This document shows positions 17,713 through 29,775 of a DNA stretch of 64,000 nucleotides, piece by piece; the first letter of the stretch is position 1, and every line of letters starts with the position of its first letter. The stretch lies in the NCBI GenBank assembly GCA_023423975.1, contig JAFAEO010000027.1:51888-115887 (forward strand). Reading direction: 5' to 3'. The DNA comes from Pseudomonadota bacterium. GTDB lineage: Bacteria; Pseudomonadota; Gammaproteobacteria; Burkholderiales; Burkholderiaceae_B. The translations under genes and the position numbers were made by a program. Under the pieces are notes generated by a model. That model worked only from the letters and a program-made list of their open reading frames with translations, was not told the origin of the DNA and searched no databases.

Positions 17713-20700
17713 GTGTCAGATACTCAACATCAACACCAGATTGCATACGGCTGTGCCGCCTTGACCCCGTTTCAGAAAGAGCGACTGCTTGCGGCGCTTG
17801 CCCAGGCGGGGTTGCCTGTGCAGGACGTGACTGCCCGTTACGAGCACCACATTTTTATTGGCGGCGTCATGTCGCAGGACGATCAACAACGGTTAAGCCA
17901 GTTGCTCGATTACGGTACTACCCGGGCAAGTACGCCGGCGCAGGATGCGCTGGTGCTGCGGGTATTGCCACGTCTGGGTACGCTGTCGCCATGGGCCAGC
18001 AAGGCGACCGATATTGCCCACAATTGCGGCTTGTCTGCGGTTCGGCGTATAGAGCGGGGTATCGAATACCGGTTTGTTCCGAAAAAAGGCTTGCTGGGCG
18101 CCAAAAAGCTTACCTCAGAGCAACTGTCGCATATCGCGGCGCTGGTTCATGATCGAATGACTGAGACCGTGGTGGACGCCGCCTTTAATGCTTCAATCTT
18201 AATGCAGACGTTGCCCGGCAAGCCGCTGGCGCAAATCGCCGTGCAGGCCCGTGGCAGAGTCGCACTTGATGAGGCAAATGAAAGCCTGGGGCTGGCGTTA
18301 TCGCCTGTAGAAATAGATTATCTGCTGACCTCGTTCAGCGAGCTGGGGCGTGATCCCACTGATGTCGAATTGATGATGTTTGCGCAGGCGAACAGCGAAC
18401 ATTGCCGTCATAAGATTTTTAACGCCAGTTGGGAAATTGATGGCGAGAAACAAGAAGATACCCTGTTTGGCATGATCCGTAAGACGCACGCGGCGCAGCC
18501 CAAGGGAACGGTGGTTGCCTATTCGGATAATGCAGCTGTTATGGAAGGCGGGCAGGCCAGCCGTTTCTTTGCCGGCTTTTCTGCAGAAGATCACGCTGCG
18601 GCGGCGCCCAAGTATGGCAGCCATATGCGTCTGACTCATACCTTGATGAAAGTGGAAACACACAATCACCCAACGGCCATTGCGCCATTTCCGGGTGCCG
18701 CCACTGGCGCTGGTGGAGAAATCCGCGATGAAGGCGCTACCGGGCGAGGGTCCAAGCCCAAGGCGGGTCTGACCGGCTTTACCGTTTCCAATCTGAACCT
18801 GCCGGATATCGCCGAATCGCGTGAGGCCAAGCCCTATGGCTTGCCTGACCGGATTGCCAGCCCGCTTGACATCATGATCGAAGGGCCTATCGGCGGCGCT
18901 GCGTTCAATAACGAATTCGGCAGGCCCAATTTGTTGGGGTATTTCCGTACCTTCGAGCAAACGGTCGACGGGGTTCGTTGGGGATATCATAAGCCGATTA
19001 TGATCGCAGGCGGCCTGGGCAGTATCGACGCCGCACTTACCCATAAAGACGTCATACCGGGGCAGGCGTTGCTGATTCAGCTGGGCGGGCCTGGCATGCG
19101 TATCGGGATGGGAGGCAGCGCGGCTTCGTCCATGAGTGCCGGCGCCAATACTGCGCAACTTGATTTCGATTCCGTTCAGCGCGGCAATCCAGAGCTTGAG
19201 CGTCGAGCCCAGGAAGTGATTGATCGCTGTTGGCAGTTGAAAGAAGATAATCCGATCATCGCCATTCATGATGTGGGCGCGGGCGGCCTGTCCAATGCGT
19301 TTCCCGAGTTGGTAAACGATGCTGGCCGCGGCGCGATTTTCGACTTGCAACGCGTTCATCTGGAAGAATCCGGCCTGTCGGCTGCGGAAATCTGGAGTAA
19401 TGAAGCGCAGGAACGCTATGTACTGGCCATTCTGCCCGAAGATCTGTCACGTTTCGAAGCGATTGCCGTGCGCGAACGCTGTCCGTTTGCCGTCGTGGGT
19501 GTAACCACCACAGAGCGGCATTTGAAAGTGTCTGATGGCCAGGGCCTGCCAGGTTTTGCCGAGCCGCAAGCCGCAGCGCCGGCTGATGGCCCCGCGCCTG
19601 TAGACGTGCCAATGGACGTTATTCTGGGGAAACTTCCTCGCATGAAGCGCCAGGCCGAGCACAAGGCACGTACGCTAGTGCCCATGGATGTGACAGGATT
19701 GGATCTGGCCGATATCTCACTGCAAGTTATGCGCCACCCGACAGTAGCCAACAAATCATTTCTGATCACCATTGGCGATCGCACCGTGGGCGGCCTGTGC
19801 TCAAGAGACCAGATGGTCGGCCCATGGCAGGTGCCCGTGGCCGATTGTGCAGTTACGCTGGCCGACTATGAATCGCTGCGCGGCGAAGCCATGGCGATGG
19901 GCGAACGTACGCCGCTGGCTATTGGCAATGCGCCGGCCTCCGGTCGCATGGCGGTTGCCGAAGCGCTGACCAATCTTGCTGCAGCGGATGTCGCCACGCT
20001 GGAAGACATCAAGCTGTCGGCCAACTGGATGGCCGCCTGCGGTTTCGAAGGCCAGGATGCCGCGCTGTTTGACACGGTGAGCGCCGTGTCAACACTATGT
20101 CAGGCTATTGGCCTGTCGATTCCAGTGGGCAAGGATTCATTGTCCATGCGGACACGCTGGGACGAGCAGGACCAGCCCAAAGAAGTGGTTGCACCTGTAT
20201 CTCTGGTGGTAACGGCTTTTGCACCGGTCACCGACGTACGTAAAACCCTGACGCCACAACTGGTGACTGACCAGGGCGAGACTGCGTTGATTTTGCTGGA
20301 TCTGGGGCAGGGACGACAGCGCCTGGCCGGCTCGGTGTTGTCAAATGTGATTGATCAGTATGGTTCCGACGTTCCCGATCTGGACGATCCGACGCTGCTC
20401 AGAACCTTCTTCCTGACCATCCGTTCGCTGGTCGAGCGCGGGCTGATCCTGGCCTATCATGACCGCTCCGATGGCGGCTTGCTTGCCACGGTCGCCGAGA
20501 TGGCTTTTGCCGGCCATGTAGGTGTTTCCATCAACCTGGACATGTTGACGTTTGATGAGACCTCAGCCGATTGGGGGGATTATAAAATTCGTCCCGAACA
20601 GGTGGCGGTGCAACGCGATGAGTTAACGGTCAAGGCGCTGTTCAATGAGGAGGCGGGTGCTGTCATTCAGGTGCGGGCCGAACAACGAGATCAGGTGCTG

Positions 20701-21774
20701 CAGGCTCTGCGTGATGCCGGGCTGTCCCGTATTTCAAATGTAATCGGAGCGCCGAATACCTCAGACCAGATCGAATTTTACCGTGATGGTCGCCGTATTT
20801 TCGGTCTGGATCGCGTCGAACTGGGCAAGGCCTGGAGCCAGGTTACCTACGAAATCATGAAACGGCGTGACAACCCGGCCAGCGCCCTGGCTGAGTTCAA
20901 CAGCTGGGACGAACGCGAAGATCCCGGGCTGAACGCGGTTATTGGCTTTGACCCCCAGGAGCCGCTGGCCGCGCCTTTTATTTCAAGTGGCATACGTCCA
21001 AAAATTGCCATATTGCGCGAGCAGGGCTGCAACAGTCAGGTTGAAATGGCCTGGGCCTTCGATAAGGCCGGCTTTGATGCCTACGACGTCCATATGACCG
21101 ATCTTCTGTCCGGTCGTACGTCGCTTAACAACTATCAGGCCATGGTCGCGGTTGGCGGCTTCAGTTATGGCGATGTGCTTGGCGCCGGCGAAGGGTGGGC
21201 CCGCACCATCCGGTTTAATTCGGCGTTGTCAGCGCAGTTCGCCGCCTTCTTTGCGCGGCCCGACGTTTTTGCCCTGGGAGTATGTAATGGCTGCCAGATG
21301 CTGGCCACGCTGGCTGACATGATCCCTGGCGCACAGGCTTGGCCACGGTTTACTTATAATCAGTCAGCCAAATACGAAGCGCGTCTGAGCCTGGTGCAAA
21401 TTGACCAGTCTCCGTCGATTTTCTTTAACGGTATGCAAGGCAGCCGCCTGCCGATCGCGGTGGCGCACGGTGAGGGCTTCGCCGATTTTGGCCTGCAAGG
21501 CGATATCAATTCAGTCCAGACTGCCTTGCGTTATGTATCGAACGCCGGTTTTGTCACCGAGGCCTATCCGGCCAATCCTAACGGTAGTCCGCAGGGGATC
21601 GCTTCGGTCACAACGGCAGACGGTCGGTTCACGATTATGATGCCGCATCCGGAAAGGGTCACACGCAATGTCATGATGTCGTGGCACCCGGACAGTTGGG
21701 GTGATCAGGATACGGGTGGCGACTATACGCCGTGGATGCGCATGTTCATGAATGCCCGTGTGGCTATGGGGTAA
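17713..21774 (+). CDS. purL: Phosphoribosylformylglycinamidine synthase (large, fused type)
   Basis: [44 protein letters not shown], and a glutaminase domain with GVCNGCQM and MPHPER. Confidence 0.99.
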   Translation: MSDTQHQHQIAYGCAALTPFQKERLLAALAQAGLPVQDVTARYEHHIFIGGVMSQDDQQRLSQLLDYGTTRASTPAQDALVLRVLPRLGTLSPWASKATDIAHNCGLSAVRRIERGIEYRFVPKKGLLGAKKLTSEQLSHIAALVHDRMTETVVDAAFNASILMQTLPGKPLAQIAVQARGRVALDEANESLGLALSPVEIDYLLTSFSELGRDPTDVELMMFAQANSEHCRHKIFNASWEIDGEKQEDTLFGMIRKTHAAQPKGTVVAYSDNAAVMEGGQASRFFAGFSAEDHAAAAPKYGSHMRLTHTLMKVETHNHPTAIAPFPGAATGAGGEIRDEGATGRGSKPKAGLTGFTVSNLNLPDIAESREAKPYGLPDRIASPLDIMIEGPIGGAAFNNEFGRPNLLGYFRTFEQTVDGVRWGYHKPIMIAGGLGSIDAALTHKDVIPGQALLIQLGGPGMRIGMGGSAASSMSAGANTAQLDFDSVQRGNPELERRAQEVIDRCWQLKEDNPIIAIHDVGAGGLSNAFPELVNDAGRGAIFDLQRVHLEESGLSAAEIWSNEAQERYVLAILPEDLSRFEAIAVRERCPFAVVGVTTTERHLKVSDGQGLPGFAEPQAAAPADGPAPVDVPMDVILGKLPRMKRQAEHKARTLVPMDVTGLDLADISLQVMRHPTVANKSFLITIGDRTVGGLCSRDQMVGPWQVPVADCAVTLADYESLRGEAMAMGERTPLAIGNAPASGRMAVAEALTNLAAADVATLEDIKLSANWMAACGFEGQDAALFDTVSAVSTLCQAIGLSIPVGKDSLSMRTRWDEQDQPKEVVAPVSLVVTAFAPVTDVRKTLTPQLVTDQGETALILLDLGQGRQRLAGSVLSNVIDQYGSDVPDLDDPTLLRTFFLTIRSLVERGLILAYHDRSDGGLLATVAEMAFAGHVGVSINLDMLTFDETSADWGDYKIRPEQVAVQRDELTVKALFNEEAGAVIQVRAEQRDQVLQALRDAGLSRISNVIGAPNTSDQIEFYRDGRRIFGLDRVELGKAWSQVTYEIMKRRDNPASALAEFNSWDEREDPGLNAVIGFDPQEPLAAPFISSGIRPKIAILREQGCNSQVEMAWAFDKAGFDAYDVHMTDLLSGRTSLNNYQAMVAVGGFSYGDVLGAGEGWARTIRFNSALSAQFAAFFARPDVFALGVCNGCQMLATLADMIPGAQAWPRFTYNQSAKYEARLSLVQIDQSPSIFFNGMQGSRLPIAVAHGEGFADFGLQGDINSVQTALRYVSNAGFVTEAYPANPNGSPQGIASVTTADGRFTIMMPHPERVTRNVMMSWHPDSWGDQDTGGDYTPWMRMFMNARVAMG

Positions 21775-21823
21775 AAAACGGCTCGCACGGCGGGAAAATT
21801 TCTCGTTGTTTGGGCGAACCCGG

Positions 21824-21852
21824 TTGATTCCGTTCGGGCGCAAGCGTATAAT
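21824..21852 (+). promoter_or_regulatory. Sigma70 promoter of guaB
   Basis: TTGATT-N17-TATAAT, ending 25 bp upstream of the ATG. Confidence 0.7.
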
Positions 21853-21877
21853 TTTGCTTTGCGCCCGGAGTTATTTC

Positions 21878-23338
21878 ATGCGTCTCATTCAAAAAGCGCT
21901 TACCTTTGACGATGTTCTTCTGGTACCTGCGTACTCAAATGTGTTGCCGCGCGACACGTCTCTCAAAACCAAACTTACCCGAAATATCACACTGAATATT
22001 CCGCTGGTATCGGCAGCCATGGATACGGTTACCGAAGCCCGGCTGGCTATCGCCATGGCCCAGGAAGGCGGAATCGGGATCATCCACAAGAACATGACTG
22101 CAGATGAGCAGGCCGCAGAAGTGGCTCGCGTCAAACGTCATGAGTTCGGGATAGTCATTGATCCGGTATCGGTTACCTCGGACATGAAGGTGCGTGATGC
22201 CATCGCCCTGCAGAAAAAACATGGCATCTCCGGTCTGCCTGTGGTGGACAACGGCAAGGTAGTTGGCATCGTGACCAATCGGGACCTGCGTTTCGAAGAC
22301 CGTCTTGATGTGCCGCTTACTTCTGTGATGACGCCCAAGGAGCGGCTGATCACCATGCATGAGGGTGGCACGCTGAGCGAAGCCCAGGCCTTGATGCACA
22401 AATACCGTCTGGAACGTGTACTGATCGTTAATGACGAATTTGAATTGCGCGGGCTGGCTACCGTCAAGGATATCGTTAAAAATACTGAACATCCCTATGC
22501 ATGCAAGGACGAATTTGGTCAATTGCGTGTTGGCGCCGCAGTCGGCGTGGGCGAGGGTACCGAAGAGCGTGTACGCAAGCTTGCCGCAGCCGATGTCGAT
22601 GTTATTATCGTTGATACTGCGCACGGCCATTCCCAGGGCGTGCTTGATCGCGTCCGCTGGGTTAAAGAGAATTTCCCGGAAATTGATGTAATCGGCGGCA
22701 ATATTGCAACCGCAGAAGCCGCCAGAGCGCTGGTGGAAGCAGGCGCCGATGGCGTCAAGGTGGGTATTGGTCCGGGCTCAATCTGCACTACCAGGATTGT
22801 CGCGGGCGTAGGTGTTCCCCAGATCACGGCCATTTCCGATGTTGCCAAGGCGCTGGAAGGCACTGGCGTGCCGCTGATCGCCGACGGCGGTATCCGCTAT
22901 TCCGGCGATGTGTCCAAGGCGCTGGTCGCGGGCGCCTTTGCCTGCATGATGGGCGGCATGTTCGCAGGCACTGAAGAGGCGCCGGGCGAAGTCGTATTGT
23001 TCCAGGGGCGCTCTTATAAGTCCTACCGGGGCATGGGCAGTCTTGGCGCCATGGAAAAGGGCTCTGCCGATCGTTATTTCCAGGACCCTGCCAACAACGC
23101 CGACAAGCTGGTGCCGGAAGGTATTGAAGGCCGTGTGCCATACAAAGGCAGTGTGCTGGCCATCATTTATCAGTTGGTCGGCGGCATCAGGGCTTCCATG
23201 GGCTATTGCGGTTGCGCCACAATTGATGACATGCGTACCGTGCCGCAATTTGTAGAGATTACCTCTGCCGGTGTTCGCGAATCGCATGTACATGATGTGC
23301 AAATCACCAAAGAGGCGCCGAACTACCGCGCCGATTAA
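21878..23338 (+). CDS. guaB: IMP dehydrogenase
   Basis: [21 protein letters not shown] pair, [29 protein letters not shown] at 21878. Confidence 0.99.
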   Translation: MRLIQKALTFDDVLLVPAYSNVLPRDTSLKTKLTRNITLNIPLVSAAMDTVTEARLAIAMAQEGGIGIIHKNMTADEQAAEVARVKRHEFGIVIDPVSVTSDMKVRDAIALQKKHGISGLPVVDNGKVVGIVTNRDLRFEDRLDVPLTSVMTPKERLITMHEGGTLSEAQALMHKYRLERVLIVNDEFELRGLATVKDIVKNTEHPYACKDEFGQLRVGAAVGVGEGTEERVRKLAAADVDVIIVDTAHGHSQGVLDRVRWVKENFPEIDVIGGNIATAEAARALVEAGADGVKVGIGPGSICTTRIVAGVGVPQITAISDVAKALEGTGVPLIADGGIRYSGDVSKALVAGAFACMMGGMFAGTEEAPGEVVLFQGRSYKSYRGMGSLGAMEKGSADRYFQDPANNADKLVPEGIEGRVPYKGSVLAIIYQLVGGIRASMGYCGCATIDDMRTVPQFVEITSAGVRESHVHDVQITKEAPNYRAD

Positions 23339-23408
23339 GTGTCGTCTCAGCAGTGGCGCTACGCATGCCGTGGCACCACTGCGTGATCGGCACCGAAACC
23401 AGAAACAG

Positions 23409-23442
23409 AACCCGGCGTGTTTATTGCAGCGCCGGGTTTTTT
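23409..23442 (+). terminator. Intrinsic terminator after guaB
   Basis: AACCCGGCG...CGCCGGGTTTTTT. Confidence 0.75.
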
Positions 23443-23624
23443 GTTGTCCCTATTTACAGACATAGTAGATTGCAGCGCGCAGCATGACCTGGACCGCGCA
23501 AGTGAGAAGGTCCAGGTCGCTTGCCTTGACCAGTGGGGCAGTGGTCAACATCGACAGATCGGTGATTAATAATTTTTCAGGGTGATGCGGCGGCGTGTTA
23601 TTCGAACAATATTGCAACGCGATA

Positions 23625-24437
23625 TTACAGCGCTGATAGCGCCAGCAGTTTGTCAGCCACCCTATTCGGAGCCAGCAACGGGGCTGAGTGTGAGCTGTTC
23701 AGTTCTGCCCAGATCCAATCGGGCTGGCCTTTGACCCAGTCATGCGTGGCAGCAACCGGCTTATAGGGTGGGGCGGTGCAGGCCAGATAGATTTTTTTCA
23801 CACCGGCACCTATTGGCTCGCTTAGTGAGAGTGCGCTGGCATAGGTATTGATTGGATGCGGCGTCAATTTTCCTTGCGCGAATGTATATTGCTCGGTATC
23901 GGCGGGAATGCCCAGATGAATCGGATCCGGCGCGGGAATGCCATATCCATGGTGGGCCTGGGCCGAGGCTGTCAATGCATTGACCACCTTATCGGGCAAC
24001 GTTGCGAACGTGGACTGACCTGAAGGCAGCACAAAGGCATCCAGGTAGATAAGGTGGTCCAGGCGATCTGCGATACGATCGGCCACGCCACTGATGACCA
24101 ATCCGGCAAAACTGTGGCCCACGAGAATGACATTTGCAAGCGTCTGATTGCCAGGCTGCTTGCCTGCAGAATGAGCAAGCGCTGGCGCCGATTGCGGGTG
24201 CAATATTGCGGTTTCGATATCCTTAATGAACGTGTCCAGCGAAATGGCCGCCGATAATTCGTTCGCGCGCTCGCCCAGACCGGCTAGCGTGGGGGTGTAT
24301 ACGATATGCCCCTGATCGCGCAGCTGTTGCGCAACCGCGTTCCAGACCCAGGCTCCGTGCCAGGCGCCATGGACCAGCATAAAGGTTTTTGCTGCGGGGG
24401 CAGGATCGGTAATGGGTTGATTTCGGGCATTTTTCAT
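23625..24437 (-). CDS. Alpha/beta hydrolase (methylesterase / salicylate-esterase-like)
   Basis: LVHGAWHGAW.W, LVGHSFAG nucleophile elbow, YLDAF, SSHSAP; probable start MKNAR at 24437. Confidence 0.88.
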   Translation of the reverse strand: MKNARNQPITDPAPAAKTFMLVHGAWHGAWVWNAVAQQLRDQGHIVYTPTLAGLGERANELSAAISLDTFIKDIETAILHPQSAPALAHSAGKQPGNQTLANVILVGHSFAGLVISGVADRIADRLDHLIYLDAFVLPSGQSTFATLPDKVVNALTASAQAHHGYGIPAPDPIHLGIPADTEQYTFAQGKLTPHPINTYASALSLSEPIGAGVKKIYLACTAPPYKPVAATHDWVKGQPDWIWAELNSSHSAPLLAPNRVADKLLALSAL

Positions 24438-24673
24438 TGATACAGGGCCTTTAGTATATGAGCGAAACAAGGGGTAAGACAGACACGCTGTGCCGGTGTG
24501 CTGCCCCGCGTACGTGCGCCAAATGATCACGCTTGCACCCGGGACCGCGATGCGCAAAACAGGCCTGACTGTCACATCTTATGCACAGCCAGGTTTTGAC
24601 GCGGTTTTGAGCGCCGCAACCATTATAATGTCGTCTTCCAATTTATTTTCTTTTGTCCTCAGGCGGATATAGC

Positions 24674-26266
24674 ATGCATCAGCGGATTCTGATTCTCGAT
24701 TACGGTTCACAGGTTACCCAACTTATTGCGCGACGCGTGCGCGAAGCAGGGGTGTTTTGTGAAATTCACCCCGGCGATGTCGATGCGGCTTTTCTTGCAG
24801 AACAGCAGGGCCTGGGACTCAAGGGCGTGATCCTGTCCGGCAGCCATTCGTCTGCCTATGATGAAGCATCGCTCAAGGTACCGCAGCAGGTATTCGAGCT
24901 GGGCGTGCCGGTGCTGGGCATCTGTTATGGTATGCAGGCCATGGCGTCGCAACTAGGTGGCAAGGTCAGCTGGTCCGATCATCGAGAATTCGGCTATGCT
25001 GAAGTGCGCGCGCATGGCCATACCGCACTGCTCAAGGACATTGCCGATTTTGTCACGCCCGAAGGCCATGGCATGCTCAAGGTCTGGATGAGCCATGGCG
25101 ACAAGGTTACTGAACTGCCCGACGGTTTTGTGCTAATGGCTTCCACGCCTTCGTGCCCGATAGCCGGCATGGCCGACGAAACCCGTCATTTTTATGGCGT
25201 GCAATTTCACCCAGAGGTAACTCACACCACCCAGGGGCGGGCGCTGCTGAACCGTTTTGTTAATGACATTTGTGGTTGCAGCAATGACTGGAACATGCCC
25301 GACTACGTTGAAGAAGCGGTCGCACGTATCCGCGAACAGGTCGGCACCGATGACGTAATTCTGGGATTGTCCGGCGGTGTGGACTCATCCGTGGCTGCAG
25401 CATTGATCCACAAGGCCATCGGCGATCAACTCACTTGCGTCTTTGTGGACCATGGGCTGCTTCGCCAGAATGAAGCAGAGCAGGTCATGAAGATTTTTGG
25501 CGAACACCTTGGCGTGAACGTGATTCATGTTGACGCAACTGACGCCTTCATGAGCAAGCTGGCCGGCGAAACCGACCCGGAGAAAAAACGCAAGATTATC
25601 GGTCGTGAGTTTGTGGAAGTGTTCCAGGATGAAGCGGGCAAACGCAAAAGCGCACGCTGGCTGGCCCAGGGCACCATTTATCCCGATGTGATTGAATCGG
25701 CCGGCGCCAAAACCGGCAAGGCCGTTGCCATCAAGTCGCATCATAATGTAGGTGGTCTGCCCGAAACGCTTAATCTGCAACTGCTGGAGCCACTGCGCGA
25801 ACTGTTCAAGGACGAGGTGCGTGAACTGGGTCTGGCGCTGGGCCTGCCGCACCATATGGTGTACCGCCATCCATTCCCGGGCCCGGGCCTGGGTGTGCGC
25901 ATTCTGGGCGAAGTCAAGAAAGAATATGCCGATCTGCTGCGCAAGGCTGATGCGATCTTTATTGAAGAACTGCGCAACACGACCGATGAAGAATCAGGCA
26001 AATCCTGGTATGACCTGACCTCTCAGGCCTTTGCCGTGTTCCTGCCGGTCAAATCGGTAGGGGTCATGGGCGATGGCCGAACTTATGATTACGTGGTGGC
26101 GCTGCGTGCGGTGCAGACATCCGATTTCATGACCGCCGACTGGGCACAACTGCCGTATCCGTTATTGGGTCGTGTGTCATCTCGTATTATTAACGAAGTG
26201 CGCGGCATCAACCGGGTGGTTTATGACGTTTCGAGCAAGCCGCCTGCGACGATTGAGTGGGAGTGA
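24674..26266 (+). CDS. guaA: GMP synthase (glutamine-hydrolysing)
   Basis: [43 protein letters not shown]-terminal KPPATIEWE. Confidence 0.99.
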   Translation: MHQRILILDYGSQVTQLIARRVREAGVFCEIHPGDVDAAFLAEQQGLGLKGVILSGSHSSAYDEASLKVPQQVFELGVPVLGICYGMQAMASQLGGKVSWSDHREFGYAEVRAHGHTALLKDIADFVTPEGHGMLKVWMSHGDKVTELPDGFVLMASTPSCPIAGMADETRHFYGVQFHPEVTHTTQGRALLNRFVNDICGCSNDWNMPDYVEEAVARIREQVGTDDVILGLSGGVDSSVAAALIHKAIGDQLTCVFVDHGLLRQNEAEQVMKIFGEHLGVNVIHVDATDAFMSKLAGETDPEKKRKIIGREFVEVFQDEAGKRKSARWLAQGTIYPDVIESAGAKTGKAVAIKSHHNVGGLPETLNLQLLEPLRELFKDEVRELGLALGLPHHMVYRHPFPGPGLGVRILGEVKKEYADLLRKADAIFIEELRNTTDEESGKSWYDLTSQAFAVFLPVKSVGVMGDGRTYDYVVALRAVQTSDFMTADWAQLPYPLLGRVSSRIINEVRGINRVVYDVSSKPPATIEWE

Positions 26267-26312
26267 GGCTGAATTATAAATTATTGAGCTAATTTAATAA
26301 ATTTCTAATCAG

Positions 26313-26344
26313 TAACTGTATTTCCCGACTCATTAACTGTATTT
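26313..26344. repeat. 11-bp direct repeat TAACTGTATTT x2 (arm-site-like) just downstream of guaA
   Basis: Exact copies at 26313-26323 and 26334-26344. Confidence 0.6.
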
Positions 26345-26467
26345 TTCATGGTTTGCGCAAGGTAAGCCGTTGAGAAAAACACCGATACTATGACCTGCAT
26401 CAGTGATGCCGGCATGGTATCGGGAGTGCGCTCGGATATGCCGGAGCAGTTTCCAGGATTCTTTGAT

Positions 26468-26812
26468 ATGAGCACCTTACCCCCTTGTTCCCAATGTCAG
26501 TCCAGCCTCACCTATGAAGATGGTAGCGGGCTCTACATTTGTCCCGAATGCGGCCACGAATGGCCGGTTCAAGCCGAGGCCGTGACCGATTCGGACGAAC
26601 GTGTTCACCGTGACGCCGCCGGAAACCTGCTGCAAGATGGAGATAGCGTCACCGTCATCAAAGACCTGAAACTCAAGGGCTCGGGCGGGGTCGTGAAGAT
26701 GGGGACCAAGGTCAAGAATATCCGCCTGGTTGATGGGGACCATGACATTGATTGCAAGATCGATGGATTCGGGGCAATGAGCTTGAAGTCGGAGTTCGTA
26801 AAGAAAATCTGA
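26468..26812 (+). CDS. phnA: PhnA/YjdM zinc-ribbon protein
   Basis: LPPCSQC...TYEDG...[53 protein letters not shown]. Confidence 0.93.
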   Translation: MSTLPPCSQCQSSLTYEDGSGLYICPECGHEWPVQAEAVTDSDERVHRDAAGNLLQDGDSVTVIKDLKLKGSGGVVKMGTKVKNIRLVDGDHDIDCKIDGFGAMSLKSEFVKKI

Positions 26813-27022
26813 TCGGCGCTCTAATGAGCGGTCTAACGCGACGCCATGTGGCCCCGACTGTTGCGTGCTCCTGGCGGGGCCACATGACATAGCATGGTAT
26901 TTTCGTGGTGTTACCAGACGATCATTGTCGAGGGGGGGCTGGGCCTGGCTGCAACTTCAAGTTGAATTCATTATTTAATAGAAAGCATAAAAGAAAGCAG
27001 CAACGGGCGCTGCCTTCTTCTC

Positions 27023-28246
27023 TTAATGTGCCGGCACCGGCTGGGCCATTGCCGGCCGAATGCGCGGATGGCGCTGGAATAACACCGCCACAGGCACGCC
27101 GATCACGATGACCATCGTGCAGAACGAATAGATTGCGACTTCAATGCCCCAATGGTCGGCAATCCAGCCTATGCCCATCATGGGAATCATGCTGCCGACG
27201 TAACCGGCGACCAGGTAAGTAGCTAACAGCCCTGAACGATTTGCGGGTCCGGCCAGGCGGGTGATCATGCCCATGCCGGCAAGCATGGTCATGCCATGCC
27301 CGATTGCAGTGAGCGACACACCCAGCGCAAACAAAATGGCCGAGCTGGCGTGCAAGTTCAGCATGAGAATCGCGTTGCTCAGGGCCAATGCGATTGTGCC
27401 CGTAGCGCCGCACCAGTGAATAGGCATGCGTCCGGCAATCACCTGAACGGCTGCCGAAGAAAACAGAATCAATGCAATAGAAGTGCCGCTGACGACCGGA
27501 CCGTCCCAGGGCACAAGTTTGCCCAGAAATAGCGGTGCCATGGACGCATAAAGGCCAAAACCGCCAAATGCCAGAAAAGGCAGGCAGCAGGTGAGCACAA
27601 ACGCCCTGGACGCACTTGCGTCGGGCCAGGTCAGTTTTGGCAAAATATCGTGCAGGGTCAGGCGGGCAGCAGCCTTGGGTTTAATGGTATCGGGCAGGTT
27701 CAGGCAGCACAATACCGTTAAACCCAGACTGCCCAGGATCAGGGTCGGAACATAGGCGAGCGTCAATGGCGCAGGGGCCCATTGCCCGATAACGCCGCCC
27801 ACCAACGGCCCCAGGCCAAAGCCGAACGCCATCAGGAAACCGGTCATCATGGCCGCGCGCTGTACGCTGCCGTGACGGGACAATCTGGACAGGCCCAGGG
27901 TTGCGCTGGTAGTCACCATGCTTGAGGCCACTCCCACGATAAACCGTCCGAGATTCAGGCTGCTCATGTTCCATGCGATCAGGCTGATGGCTGTCCCGAG
28001 CAAGACCAGCGCCAGGCCTAGCTGCATCATCGGGCGAAAGCCGACGCGGTCTGGCAAACGCCCCAGAAACAGCAACCCGCACAGTGCACCGCCCATGTAC
28101 ATGACGTAGATAAGCGAGATATCGCTGGTTTGCAGTTGCCAGGCCTCTTTATAGAGCGCATACAGGGGGCTGATGAGCGCAGTGCCCATCACGCCGACAA
28201 TCATGGCAAAACTCACCCAGGCAAAGGGAGATACTTTCAATTTCAT
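27023..28246 (-). CDS. MFS transporter
   Basis: About 12 hydrophobic segments; GRLPDRVGFRP motif A; GWIADHWG. Confidence 0.9.
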   Translation of the reverse strand: MKLKVSPFAWVSFAMIVGVMGTALISPLYALYKEAWQLQTSDISLIYVMYMGGALCGLLFLGRLPDRVGFRPMMQLGLALVLLGTAISLIAWNMSSLNLGRFIVGVASSMVTTSATLGLSRLSRHGSVQRAAMMTGFLMAFGFGLGPLVGGVIGQWAPAPLTLAYVPTLILGSLGLTVLCCLNLPDTIKPKAAARLTLHDILPKLTWPDASASRAFVLTCCLPFLAFGGFGLYASMAPLFLGKLVPWDGPVVSGTSIALILFSSAAVQVIAGRMPIHWCGATGTIALALSNAILMLNLHASSAILFALGVSLTAIGHGMTMLAGMGMITRLAGPANRSGLLATYLVAGYVGSMIPMMGIGWIADHWGIEVAIYSFCTMVIVIGVPVAVLFQRHPRIRPAMAQPVPAH

Positions 28247-28321
28247 TTTTCAACCGAATGTTTTGTGGCGCAGGATGGGCAGGTGCTGGTGCAGGAGGAA
28301 GACAAGTGCTGCGTCATGTAT

Positions 28322-28801
28322 TTATTTGTCCCGGGACTCGAGTCGTGCAGAGATTTTTTCCAGGGCCTGGCGGGTGACTTGTACTTCATTCGCAGAAAGA
28401 TCGGCCAGGATGGCTTGCTCGATGTCCATGCTTTTCTCCAGAATCAACGCAGCCACCTTGCGACCAGCTGATGTCAGGGCAATGCACTTGGTGCGCCGGT
28501 CGGCCGGGTCGTTGTCCCATTGCACCAGTTGCGCCTTTTGCAGTTGCGCCAGCACCCGCACCAGCGATGAAGAGTCCAGGTATAAAGCCTGGGCCAGGTC
28601 TTTCTGCAGCAGGGGCTTGTCCTGTACATAAAGTACCAGCAGCGGCATGCGCGTGGCATCCGAGAGGCCCAGATCTTTGAAAGCCAAATCGATCTGACGA
28701 CGCCACTGTCTGTATACGCTGCCCAGCAGAAAACCAAATCGGCTACGTGCCTGGAAAGGTTCATGCGGGCAAGGGTGGTTCGCTGGCGATTTAGTTTGCA
28801 T
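28322..28801 (-). CDS. MarR-family transcriptional regulator (SlyA-like)
   Basis: QKDLAQAL.LDSSSLVRVL..L, DPADRRTK.I.LT.AG. Confidence 0.92.
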   Translation of the reverse strand: MQTKSPANHPCPHEPFQARSRFGFLLGSVYRQWRRQIDLAFKDLGLSDATRMPLLVLYVQDKPLLQKDLAQALYLDSSSLVRVLAQLQKAQLVQWDNDPADRRTKCIALTSAGRKVAALILEKSMDIEQAILADLSANEVQVTRQALEKISARLESRDK

Positions 28802-28955
28802 GCAAAGTATTTTACTACGGGTTTACCCTTGAAGCAAGAAAAATGAGAGGTAAGGCGAAGCATGATCAAAAGAACAGGCAGCTGATTCCAATGCAATATC
28901 GTAATGCCGGCATTGATTTTTTCGTCTCGCAATCAGCCTTACCGGCACCAGGATG

Positions 28956-29009
28956 TGTTCGCAACGGCAGTGCCGACTCGTTGTTGAGTGGGCACTGCCG
29001 TTGCGGACA
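28956..29009. repeat. Long intergenic inverted repeat / hairpin
   Basis: GCAACGGCAGTGCC (28961-28974) pairs perfectly with GGCACTGCCGTTGC (28991-29004) and extends on both sides. Confidence 0.75.
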
Positions 29010-29179
29010 GGTCCGGTGTAGAGACGAGAGTCAGTCGCCACGTGTAGCAAATGCGAGGCACACAGGCTCGGTCGGTGTCTGTGTCATCCGAATTGCGGCG
29101 CATTGCGTCTAGCAAAGCGCCGGCTTTTTTCTGTGTTGATGACTGGTATTTCGGCGGTAATAATTGTCAATTGTTATAT

Positions 29180-29203
29180 ATAATGAGAACGAATGTCATT
29201 ATC
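29180..29203 (+). promoter_or_regulatory. Fur box upstream of the fecI-like sigma
   Basis: ATAATGAGAACGAATGTCATTATC, a near-palindromic match to the Fur consensus, at the expected position for fecIR operons. Confidence 0.75.
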
Positions 29204-29247
29204 GTTGTTTTTTATGTTGGTGCGGCACTTTACCGAAAGAGGAACGC

Positions 29248-29775
29248 ATGGCCGGTGGGCAGTCAGTTTTGCAGCGGGAAATCCATATCCTTTATCAGGA
29301 TCATCATGGATGGCTGTACCAATGGCTGCACAGAAAACTGGGAAACCGATTTGATGCGGCTGATCTGGCCCATGACACTTTTATGCGGGTGCTGGCAGGG
29401 TATCGACAGGATGCTATTCCGGTGCTGGATGAGCCGCGCGCCTACCTGACCACAGTCGCCAAACGACTGCTAATCAATTTCTATGAGCGGCAGTCTCTGG
29501 AGCGCGCCTACGAGGCGTCGTTGTCGCTGCTGCCGCAGCAGCATATGCCTGGGCTGGAAGAGCGGGCGATTCTTCTGGAGACACTGCAGGAGCTGGATGC
29601 GCTGCTGGATGCTTTACCTGCTCGCGTACGCACGGCGTTTCTGCTTTGCCAGCTCGAGGGCATGAGCTACGAGCAAATTGCTGCGTATCTGCAGGTGAGC
29701 GTGCGCACGGTCACGCGTTACATGGCGCAGGGTTTCAAACAATGTCTCACCCTGATGCTGGCGCAAGCGGCGTGA
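29248..29775 (+). CDS. FecI-type ECF sigma factor (iron-starvation class)
   Basis: LYQDHHGWL..WL.RKLG...DAADLAHDTFMRVL, EPRAYLTTVAKRL, AFLL.QLEGMSY.QIA..L.VS. Confidence 0.95.
   Translation: MAGGQSVLQREIHILYQDHHGWLYQWLHRKLGNRFDAADLAHDTFMRVLAGYRQDAIPVLDEPRAYLTTVAKRLLINFYERQSLERAYEASLSLLPQQHMPGLEERAILLETLQELDALLDALPARVRTAFLLCQLEGMSYEQIAAYLQVSVRTVTRYMAQGFKQCLTLMLAQAA

Noticed and set aside
18298..19359. 353-aa minus-strand ORF inside purL, and similar long antisense ORFs in guaB, ABC-F, the exonuclease, nadE, the TonB receptor and the RND permease
   Set aside because: Typical stop-poor antisense frames of GC-rich coding genes; the sense genes are unambiguous.
28984..28992. TTGAGTGGG matching the guaA end, as a possible right boundary of a small islet
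   Set aside because: Only 9 bp and embedded in a hairpin; not significant alone.
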